In this document: positions 6,501-12,601 of the stretch, one piece after another
Position numbering within the stretch: the first letter of the stretch is position 1
How the letters are laid out: each line of letters opens with the position of its first letter
Source of the DNA: Anaerohalosphaeraceae bacterium
GTDB taxonomy: Bacteria > Planctomycetota > Phycisphaerae > Sedimentisphaerales > Anaerohalosphaeraceae
DNA: 15,232 bases
Reading direction: 5' to 3'
Assembly: GCA_050309685.1 (NCBI GenBank)
Contig: JBNRMP010000015.1
Location: 1 to 15,232, forward strand
Made by a program: the position numbers and the translations under genes
Notes under the pieces: generated by a model
The model's database searches: none
Told to the model about the DNA's origin: nothing
What the model saw: the letters and a program-made list of their open reading frames with translations, nothing else

Positions 6501-8897
6501 GGAGAAAAAGCCGTTGATCTCATCGACGGTTTTCAGGGCGCGGACGCGGGTCTCGATGCCCTTGAGGATTCGCTCGGCGGCGGTCATCAGGGCGGCGGCC
6601 TTCTGGTTCTGCCGCTCAACGAGGGCGATCTTGCGGGACTCGAAGGCGTTGTAGATCTCCTCGCGCTTGTCGGCAAGGCGGACGATGAACTCGTCGAAAT
6701 CGGCAAAGCGGCCCTCGAGCGTTTCGATCTGGAGTGCGGACTTGGTCAGATACTCCTCGCACTTGGCGGGGCTGTCGCACAGATCGAGGAAGCTGATGAC
6801 GGACTGTTCGAGGAGCTTGAGCTGGGAGGCGAATTCGGCCTGCCCCTCCTCGCGGGCAAGGTCCTTCGTGCGGCCGGTGACGGCGGCCTTGGAGCGGTTG
6901 ACAAGGGCGTAGACCCTCGAGATGTTCTCGACGATGGCGGCGGTCTGCACGGCGTCTTCGATCTTCAGGTTGCTGACGACGTCGGCGAGCAGCTCCAGTT
7001 CGCCGGCGGTCCGGGCGATCTGCTCCAGACGCTCTTTGCACTCGGTAACCTTCTTCAGGTTTTCGACGGCGTCGCCGAGGGCGGCCGCCTTGACCTCGTA
7101 GGGCCGCAGGGCATCGTCGCGCAGGAGAAACTCCACGCACCCGGCGGAGAGCGTGTCGGTGTGTTCGGCGGTTTGCGTTTCGAGGGCGTCGATCTGCTCC
7201 AGGTCAGCGTAGCGCAGGTCACGGAGGGAGATGATGCGGCCGCGAAGGGTCCGCAGCTCCGCCAGGCGGCTGACGTACTGGCTGACCTCGGTGAGCGAGT
7301 GATAGTTGATGGCGGCGATGCTCTTTCGGACCTCGTCCCGAACCTCGGCAATCTGCCGGCGGGTGTTTTCGCGGGTGCGGACGACCTTTTCGTATTCCTC
7401 CATGGCCGCGGCGGCCGCCTTACGGATCTCCTCCAGCTCAGCGGCGAGGTTGTGCGTCTCCTCCTCGCCGATCCAGAAGTAGGAGTCGCGGATGTCCTGG
7501 GCCTTCCGGGAGATATCGAGGTAGAGATTCAGGTAGGAGTCCTCTTTGTCGATGAGCCGGAGCAGTTCGGTGCACTCGGCCATGCAGCGGACGATGCTCT
7601 TGTTGCCGATCTTGTAGAGCGGCGAGTCGCTCCTGGCCTCAACGACATGGTCGGGGTGGCAGAAGGGCGTCTTCCAGACCTGGATGACATGGTGCTTCTG
7701 GGCCTGCCCGTCGGCGCGGAAACAGATGAACGTGCCGTCCGCGAACGAGCAGAAGCCGTTGCAGACCAGCGGAACGGCCATCTCCATCCGGATGATGTTG
7801 TAAAAGAGCAGGACGTAAACGCCCGAATCCCGGTTGTAGAAGATGTAGAAAAAGTCCTCGCCGTTGGGCGAGTCGAGCCGCTTCTCGAAGACCATCTGCT
7901 CCATGTCGGTCTCGAACTGCTTGAGCTGGCCCGACTGGAGGTAGTAGCCCTTGGGAAAGACCAGGCCGTGGCCCTCGGGCAAAAGGACGCAGGCGTCGCG
8001 GATCGAATCGATACGGACGGCCGTCTGCGTTTTTTCATTGTAGAGAATGTAGCGAAACGCCGTCTCCTGGTAGGGTCGGATCTTGAGGAGGATCAGGTTG
8101 GCGATGATCGAGTAGTAGATCTCGGCGTCGCTGAGCGTCTGGTCGGGGTCGTCCACGGGCTCGGCGTAGATGCCTTCGCCGGTCTCGGTGTTGTCCTCGA
8201 TCTTGATGGTCAGGTCGCCGCCGACGGTCTCGACGAAGACGCGGTCTTCGATGGAGATGTGGGGGTGAAGGCCGCTGCGGTGCATGTCCTGCGTGACGCG
8301 GGTCCACTCGAACTGGTGCTGCGGGGGAAAGCAAAACTCGTGGTCGCTGCGGTTGTCGAGGTATTCGAGCTTATTGCCCCGGATGAGCCACTTGAAGGTT
8401 TTGATGTCGTCGATGTTCTTGCCCGTGCGAAAGATCATGAACAGGTGACTGCCGAGCACGGCGAACTTGGCGAAGCGGGTGTGGCGGTAAAACCGGTAGA
8501 GGTTGAAGAAGTCGCCGCGAAACCGCTCATCGTCGATCAGGTCGAGCGGGCAGGGCCGAAAGGCGCCGTCCTCAAACCGGTAAATCGCGAAGACGTCGGC
8601 GGGGGCCGTCTCATTGCGCAGGCCGACGAAGACGTTGTAGCCGAAGATGAAGTGGTTACCGACGGCGATGATGTCGCGGGGAACGCAGTTGTTCTCGGTG
8701 GAGATGCGTTCGCTGGCGAGGAGCCGGTTTTCCACCGCGCCGAAGACCGCCTTGCGGTCGGCGTTGAGCGATTCGAGTTTGCCCCGAAGGGCGTCGGCAT
8801 GGGCGTTGAGCCGCTTGCGGATGACCTCATAGGTCCCGCCCTCAAGCACAACCGGCTCGGCGGAGGCGCCGGGTTTTGACTGATCCTGTCGTTCCAT
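3594..8897 (-). CDS. Giant 1767-aa multidomain protein. It has about 450 aa of N-terminal beta-rich sequence, about 500 aa of coiled coil, a helical region, one AAA+ ATPase module of the MoxR/AAA_5 (dynein-related) type, a C-terminal helical region, and a poly-Lys tail. Its function is unknown.
   Basis: Complete ORF from ATG (8895-8897) to TAG (3594-3596). Walker A LLLLISPPGYGKTTL is at plus 5037-5069, about aa 1277. Walker B VMIYIDDIQH is at plus 4848-4880, about aa 1343. A sensor-1-like RVCVVMAGNPYTESGEKFKIP segment follows. Residues ~480-950 are heptad-like and rich in E, R, K, A and L. The protein ends ...PAAKKKKP. Codon usage is rich in GC at third positions, like the neighbouring genes. 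The antisense 1676-aa frame is low complexity and carries no motifs. Confidence 0.9.
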   Translation of the reverse strand: MERQDQSKPGASAEPVVLEGGTYEVIRKRLNAHADALRGKLESLNADRKAVFGAVENRLLASERISTENNCVPRDIIAVGNHFIFGYNVFVGLRNETAPADVFAIYRFEDGAFRPCPLDLIDDERFRGDFFNLYRFYRHTRFAKFAVLGSHLFMIFRTGKNIDDIKTFKWLIRGNKLEYLDNRSDHEFCFPPQHQFEWTRVTQDMHRSGLHPHISIEDRVFVETVGGDLTIKIEDNTETGEGIYAEPVDDPDQTLSDAEIYYSIIANLILLKIRPYQETAFRYILYNEKTQTAVRIDSIRDACVLLPEGHGLVFPKGYYLQSGQLKQFETDMEQMVFEKRLDSPNGEDFFYIFYNRDSGVYVLLFYNIIRMEMAVPLVCNGFCSFADGTFICFRADGQAQKHHVIQVWKTPFCHPDHVVEARSDSPLYKIGNKSIVRCMAECTELLRLIDKEDSYLNLYLDISRKAQDIRDSYFWIGEEETHNLAAELEEIRKAAAAAMEEYEKVVRTRENTRRQIAEVRDEVRKSIAAINYHSLTEVSQYVSRLAELRTLRGRIISLRDLRYADLEQIDALETQTAEHTDTLSAGCVEFLLRDDALRPYEVKAAALGDAVENLKKVTECKERLEQIARTAGELELLADVVSNLKIEDAVQTAAIVENISRVYALVNRSKAAVTGRTKDLAREEGQAEFASQLKLLEQSVISFLDLCDSPAKCEEYLTKSALQIETLEGRFADFDEFIVRLADKREEIYNAFESRKIALVERQNQKAAALMTAAERILKGIETRVRALKTVDEINGFFSADRMVERIRETIAQLTDLGDSVKAEDVKGRLKTLRQDAVRQLKDRQALYEDGESIIRLGSYRFSVNRQALEGAVVCREGRMFYHLAGTGLFQPLEDEEIVSAADLWNLERPSESPAVSRAEYLAWQMFKPIREQFAVRGPAWLRQSPEAKLAAVQTFMGPRFEEGYIKGVHDADAVRLLDALCDLYDVIDLLRFAPQVRAAARLFWNWFCPLQDKGRLAARIRGAGVVRTLFDADRGREDFPAQLMGPLEVFARQSGRLLDGQLEFAAEYLFEELALGDSFILSGPAADLAHSFRAHLAQNGFEKQLQTSLDALADDPAGAFDLLCAALHSYQNKEGLDPDPGVIHEAAVALMEPAADRRIVRQSVERRLDGLRSDHPTIAKGTYTLNLCNFIHRLTHHEKHVVPRFVAFRDCKKRRIDEFAQRYRLDQFQPRVMSTFVRNKLIDTVYLPLIGANLAKQIGTADETKRTDRQGLLLLISPPGYGKTTLMEYVANRLGLTFVKINGPALGRRVISLDPAEAPNAAAREEIQKLNLSFEMGDNVMIYIDDIQHTSPEFLQKFISLCDAQRKIEGIHEGRPRTYDLRGKRVCVVMAGNPYTESGEKFKIPDMLSNRADIYNIGDIVGDNYDAFMSSYIENALTSNPVLESLARRSQADVYAVMKLAETGQKDGIDFEGAYGADELEEYVAVMKKLFVVREVVLKVNRQYILSAAQADEYRTEPPFLLQGSYRNMNRIAAGVLPVMNERELWTLIFSNYEQDAQTLASGAEASLLKFRELTGRLSETEAQRWADIKKTFARNKLLGADDEDRIGKLIRQLNGMNAGLESIKDALADGLKTAATPKADDPVQTIGREILDRMNQVIESIRFQTDSEQQIRSALQQQNLHTLSSVMEEQFRTMEMWLTPVRRSDADRKEYCRMLIARFEEMIAGYERLINALKERYDASPLEPGKTPALPADVPDKPAAKKKKP

Positions 8898-8910
8898 TAT
8901 CTCTCTGTGA

Positions 8911-8953
8911 TTTTTAAAAAAGGTGCCTGCCGGCAGGCGCGGCCGCCGGCAGG
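8911..8953 (-). terminator. Candidate intrinsic terminator or attenuator on the minus strand, between the flotillin stop codon and the start of the giant gene.
   Basis: A perfect 14-nt palindrome GCCTGCCGGCAGGC lies at 8925-8938. A second arm, GCCGCCGGCAGG (8942-8953), allows a 9-bp stem (CCUGCCGGC / GCCGGCAGG) in the minus-strand RNA. The hairpin is followed by ACC and UUUUUU (plus A-run 8916-8921). Immediately downstream the minus strand reads TAAAAAT, a -10-like element, then CACAGAGAGATA and ATG. Confidence 0.5.
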
Positions 8954-8960
8954 GGCGCGT

Positions 8961-10985
8961 TTATGCCTTCAGCGTTCGGGTGGTCGTATCCTCCAGCGTC
9001 AGGCCCAAACTCTCGGCGGGGTGATCCGCCAGGCCCAGGCCTTTGACCGTCTCAAGGAGGCGACCCAGCAGGTTATGATCCTTCTTGCTCGCCTTGCTCA
9101 TCAGCTTCATGACGAGGGCGGAGATCGTCAGGTTCTTCAAATCCTCGCTGGTCATGCCGAACTGGGAGACGAACTGGCGAATCTTCGCCTTGGTCTCCTC
9201 GTGGCCGCCGTCGAAGAACGTCTGCTTGACATCGGTGAGAATGCGGCTGTTATCGATCATCCGGTCCACGCTCTTGCCGGTGGTGATGGAGTTGACCAGC
9301 CGGTTGAAGAACTCCCCGTCGCCGCCGACGATGTCGATCTTCGCGGACTTGAGCGCCTCGGCGAGAATGAGGGCCTGCTGCTCGGCGATATCCTTCTGGA
9401 TGCCGATCCGGGCCAGCTCGATGTCCTTTTCCTTGTTGAGCTCGAGCTTGAATTCCTCGTGTTCCTTGCCGACGGCGTCGAAGATCTTCATGGCCTCGGC
9501 CTTCTCGCGGATACCCTCGGCCTCGGCATTGAACTTGCGCGACATAACGGTCGCTTCGGCCGTGCCCTGCTTCTCGACGGCCAGGGCCTTGGCCTCCATG
9601 ACCTCCGCTTCGGCCATGCCGGCGACGGCGTGCTCCTTGACCTGGGCGGCGGCAATCGTCTTCTTGGCCTCGGCGTTCTTCTTCGACGCATCCAGGTTGG
9701 CCTGAGCCTCGATCAGCGCCTGCTCGGCGTAGAATTCGGCCGACTTCTTCGACGCCTCGGCGGCCTTGATGTCTTTGACGAGGGCCTGCTCGGCCTGCTC
9801 CTCAGCTCGGATGATCGCGACCTTCTTCTGGCGGTCAGCCCCGGCAAACTCGCGCGTATCCTTGATCCGCTCTTCCTCGGCCACGACGGTCTTTTCGACC
9901 ATGATGCGCTCGCGGATGTTGTTTTGCAGTTCCTTGCGTTTCTCTTCGACGGCCTTGTCCTTCTCGACCTGGGCGATGGTGACGAAACGCTCGCGCTCGG
10001 TGGCCTCAAGCTGACGGTCGCGGGCGACGCGCTCCTGCTCGACGCCGTCGGTCCGCTCCTTGTTGCGGGCGGCGACGATGATCTGACGCTGCTTGTTCTC
10101 CTCGGCGACCTGGATCTCCTCCTCGGCGGCGATGCGGGCCTTCTCGGCCTTCTCGCGTTCGGCCGCCTGGATCTTCTTCGTCTCGGCCTCCTCGCGGGCC
10201 TGGACAGAGGCGACCTCCCGCTTCTGCTTGGCCTCGGCCTCGGCGAGCTGACGGTTGAGTTCGAGGATGGCCTCCTGTGCCTCGACGTTCTGCTGGGTGA
10301 TCGTCTTGTCCTTTTCGCGCTCGCGGGCGTTGGCAAGCTCAAACTGCTCGGCCGTCAGGACGGTGATCTTCTTGATGCCCTCGGCGTCGAGGATGTTGTC
10401 CGGGTTGAGCAGCTTCTTTTCGGTCTGTTCGAGGTAGTCGATGGCGGCGTCCTCGAGGACGTAGCCGTTGAGGTCGGTGCCGATGACCTGGAGAATCTCC
10501 TCCTTGAACTCCACGCGGGAGGTATAGAGCTGGGCGAAATCGAACCGCTTGCCGACGGTCTTGAGGGCCTCGGAGAACTTGGCGTCGAACAGCGTGTACA
10601 GCGCCTGCTCGTCCGACGCCCGCTTGCACCCCAGCGCCTGGGCGACCTTCTTGACGTCCTCCGCCGTATTATTCACCCGCACGAAGAACGCCACCACGAT
10701 GTCCGCCCGCAGGTTGTCCTTGCAGATGAGCCCCTGGGCCCCCCGGCGGTCGATCTCGATCCGCTTGACCGAGATATCCATGTACTCGATGCGGTGGATG
10801 ATCGGCAGGACGATCATGCCCGAGAAGCTGACCCTCGTGCCTCCCATGCCGTTGCGGATCAGCGCCTCGCCCTGCGACACCTTGCGGTAGAAGGACGAGA
10901 TAAACGCCAGGATCAGCAGCGGAAGAACAATAATCAGAATAAACAGAATTCCTGCAATCGCTGCGCCGGGTACTGCTGCTAACAT
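8961..10985 (-). CDS. Flotillin-family SPFH (band-7) protein of the YqiK/FloT type. It has an N-terminal transmembrane helix, an SPFH domain, and a long coiled coil rich in Glu, Ala and Lys.
   Basis: 674 aa. The N-terminus AAVPGAAIAGILFILIIVLPLLILAFISSFY is hydrophobic. The SPFH signature is GEALIRNGMGGTRVSFSGMIVLPIIHRIEYMDISVKRIEI...CKDNLRADIVVAFFVRV...LNPDNILDAEGIKKIT, the same pattern as in E. coli YqiK. About 320 aa of E/A/K/R-rich coiled coil follow (AEAEAKQKREVASVQAREEAETKKIQAAEREKAEKARIAAEEE...). The start ATG (10983-10985) lies 3 nt after the NfeD stop, and a GGAGAC RBS sits inside the NfeD 3' end. Confidence 0.92.
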   Translation of the reverse strand: MLAAVPGAAIAGILFILIIVLPLLILAFISSFYRKVSQGEALIRNGMGGTRVSFSGMIVLPIIHRIEYMDISVKRIEIDRRGAQGLICKDNLRADIVVAFFVRVNNTAEDVKKVAQALGCKRASDEQALYTLFDAKFSEALKTVGKRFDFAQLYTSRVEFKEEILQVIGTDLNGYVLEDAAIDYLEQTEKKLLNPDNILDAEGIKKITVLTAEQFELANAREREKDKTITQQNVEAQEAILELNRQLAEAEAKQKREVASVQAREEAETKKIQAAEREKAEKARIAAEEEIQVAEENKQRQIIVAARNKERTDGVEQERVARDRQLEATERERFVTIAQVEKDKAVEEKRKELQNNIRERIMVEKTVVAEEERIKDTREFAGADRQKKVAIIRAEEQAEQALVKDIKAAEASKKSAEFYAEQALIEAQANLDASKKNAEAKKTIAAAQVKEHAVAGMAEAEVMEAKALAVEKQGTAEATVMSRKFNAEAEGIREKAEAMKIFDAVGKEHEEFKLELNKEKDIELARIGIQKDIAEQQALILAEALKSAKIDIVGGDGEFFNRLVNSITTGKSVDRMIDNSRILTDVKQTFFDGGHEETKAKIRQFVSQFGMTSEDLKNLTISALVMKLMSKASKKDHNLLGRLLETVKGLGLADHPAESLGLTLEDTTTRTLKA

Positions 10986-10988
10986 AAT

Positions 10989-11669
10989 TTAGGTCTCCAT
11001 ATTCAGGGGGGCGATCAGATAGACTCCGCGGGCATCATCCCGGCCGACGATCACGGCTTCATCCCCTTTATGAAAGACGCGGTCGTCGGCGGACATTACG
11101 TTTAACAGGATGGGCGAGCCGTTGGTGGTAATTTCGGCCTGGCCCAGTTTCTTCGATACTTTGGTGGTCGTGACCCGGCAAACCTGCCCGATGAGGGGGC
11201 GGGACGCCTCGATGCTGCCGTCGAGGCCGGTAAACACCCGGGTGATGGGAATGATGACGATTTTGGTGATGCCGCAGGCGATCATAAAGGCGGGCAGGGC
11301 AATCACAAAGGCCAGCGGCAGGGAGTTGTTCGGATTGAAATAATAGTTGCCCAGCACGGCCAGCAGCCAGAGATTCAAAAAGAGAACGCTCAGGACGATC
11401 ATGAACGGAACCCGGCCGAGCGAGAAAAATTCGGCCGCGGCCCGAAACAGCCCCGAAACCCCGGCGCCGTCCGCACCGACATCGATATCCGCGTCCACAT
11501 CCACATCCCCGTCGAGATCGATGCCGACATCGCCGTCCAGGTCCAGGTCAAAGGTATTGAGATCGAGAAGCCCCAGGAGCACGGTGAGCCAGTAGAGCAT
11601 CATCAGAAGCAGCATCAGGGTGAAAAAGAGGTTCACCGGCTCGAAGGCATAGTGGATCAGTTCGACCAT
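10989..11669 (-). CDS. NfeD-like (YqiJ-like) membrane protein. It has N-terminal transmembrane helices, an Asp-rich DxD repeat loop, further transmembrane helices, and a C-terminal OB-fold NfeD domain.
   Basis: 226 aa. The N-terminus is hydrophobic (FFTLMLLLMMLYWLTVLLGLL). An acidic stretch follows: DLNTFDLDLDGDVGIDLDGDVDVDADIDVGADGAG. More transmembrane sequence follows (FMIVLSVLFLNLWLLAVL...AFVIALPAFMIACGITKIVIIPI). The C-terminal beta-rich tail is GQVCRVTTTKVSKKLGQAEITTNGSPILLNVMSADDRVFHKGDEAVIVGRDDARGVYLIAP. AGGAGG lies 8 nt upstream of the ATG. Gene order and stop-start coupling to the flotillin mirror the E. coli yqiJ-yqiK operon. Confidence 0.85.
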   Translation of the reverse strand: MVELIHYAFEPVNLFFTLMLLLMMLYWLTVLLGLLDLNTFDLDLDGDVGIDLDGDVDVDADIDVGADGAGVSGLFRAAAEFFSLGRVPFMIVLSVLFLNLWLLAVLGNYYFNPNNSLPLAFVIALPAFMIACGITKIVIIPITRVFTGLDGSIEASRPLIGQVCRVTTTKVSKKLGQAEITTNGSPILLNVMSADDRVFHKGDEAVIVGRDDARGVYLIAPLNMET

Positions 11670-11801
11670 GGCCGATCCTCCTTGCGACGGAAACTGAGCC
11701 GAATGTCCGGGCTGCGTTTCAAGAGTTCTCCTTTTTCTCCGGGATTGCCTGCATTACCGCTCCTGTTTGTCGTTTGACCTGAGGCAGGGAATCCGCCCGG
11801 C

Positions 11802-11830
11802 AACCTACCCGCTCGACCGCGTTTTGTCAA
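11802..11830 (-). promoter_or_regulatory. Candidate sigma-70 promoter for the nfeD-flotillin operon, with a leader of about 125 nt.
   Basis: The minus strand reads TTGACA (plus 11825-11830), a 17-nt spacer AAACGCGGTCGAGCGGG, then TAGGTT (plus 11802-11807). The -10 hexamer matches the T1, A2 and T6 positions of the consensus. The site lies in the 303-bp gap between the yjbQ stop and the nfeD start. Confidence 0.35.
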
Positions 11831-11972
11831 CAAATTTTCTCGTTTATCCGACTCCATATTCCGGCTCTCTCACCCCTATAGAAAGGCCGGCGAGTCTTTT
11901 TGTTACACTGAACTTTGTGCAAAATCGTTATTTTGTTTTTTGAGTAATTCTCTCACTGATCCTGCGGTTTTT

Positions 11973-12389
11973 TTACTCCGGGTCGGGGCAGAAGTGGAGG
12001 AGGCATCGGCGGGAGCGGGGGCCGTCGAACTCGCAGAAGTAGATGCCCTGCCAGGTCCCCAAAACGAGGCGGCTGTCCTCGATGAGGACCTGTCGGGTGC
12101 AGCCGAACAGCGAGGACTTGACATGGGCGTCGGAATTGCCCTCGCTGTGGCGATAGCCGGGGGCGCCCTGGGGGATGAGCTTATTCAGGGCCAGGAGGAT
12201 GTCATGGATCACATCGGGGTCGGCGTTTTCATTGATGGTGACGGCCGCCGTGGTGTGGGGGATGTGGATGGTGACGACCCCGTTGCGAACGCCGGACTCT
12301 CCCAGGGCGGTCCGGATCGAGTCGGTGATGTCGATCATCTCCTCGCGGCGACGAGTGGATACGGTCAGCGTCTTGCGATGTACCTTCAT
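11973..12389 (-). CDS. yjbQ: YjbQ/UPF0047 family protein (annotated in databases as a secondary thiamine-phosphate synthase).
   Basis: 138 aa. It shows the family hallmarks MKVHRKTLTVSTRRREEMIDITD...GVVTIHIPHTTAAVTINENADPDV...HSEGNSDAHVKSSLFG...LGTWQGIYFCEFDGPR. A strong RBS, AAGGAG, lies 5 nt upstream of the ATG at 12387-12389. Confidence 0.9.
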   Translation of the reverse strand: MKVHRKTLTVSTRRREEMIDITDSIRTALGESGVRNGVVTIHIPHTTAAVTINENADPDVIHDILLALNKLIPQGAPGYRHSEGNSDAHVKSSLFGCTRQVLIEDSRLVLGTWQGIYFCEFDGPRSRRCLLHFCPDPE

Positions 12390-12455
12390 TTTGTCTCCTT
12401 TTTCTCCGAATTATTGTTTGTCCCTTATTGTAGCGAAAAGGGGGAGAAAGGAAAT

Positions 12456-12545
12456 ATGCTTGAATGCTTGGAACTGTGTTTTTTCGATGGAATGATTAAG
12501 GATATTCCGGATATGGGGGATTTGGGCAAATATGTTACAGGTTAA
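12456..12545 (+). other. Speculative small ORF of 29 codons in the divergent intergenic region. It could be a leader or precursor peptide, or a chance frame.
   Basis: GGGGGAGAAAGG lies 5-6 nt upstream of the ATG at 12456. The peptide is MLECLELCFFDGMIKDIPDMGDLGKYVTG. Its codons end in A/T, unlike the GC3-rich host genes. It lies 57 nt upstream of the diiron-protein gene. Confidence 0.2.
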
Positions 12546-12601
12546 TTTTTGAAAGTAGAGAAAGGATCGTCAACAACTCAGATTATTGGGAAGGAGCAAT
12601 T

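Noticed and set aside
5339-8334. Several 100-310-aa minus- and plus-strand ORFs in alternative frames within the giant gene (for example 5339..6271, 6616..7140, 7529..8038, 8035..8334).
   Set aside because: Their Pro/Arg/Ser/Thr-rich translations are typical of out-of-frame GC-rich coding DNA. They lie entirely inside the 1767-aa frame.
3849-8879. A 1676-aa plus-strand ORF antisense to the giant gene.
   Set aside because: The translation is low complexity, rich in G, A, L, V, D and E, and has no recognisable motifs. The minus-strand frame carries clean Walker A and Walker B motifs, an RBS and a sensible domain order. Long antisense open frames are expected in GC3-rich genes because stop codons are depleted.
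8907-10982. A 691-aa plus-strand ORF antisense to the flotillin gene.
   Set aside because: The minus-strand frame has an unmistakable SPFH/flotillin signature, while the plus-strand frame is Leu/Gly/Asp-rich low complexity. It is a shadow ORF.
11657-12124. Short minus-strand ORFs 11657..11857 and 11903..12124.
   Set aside because: They overlap the nfeD start and the yjbQ coding region in other frames. They have no RBS and their composition is low complexity.
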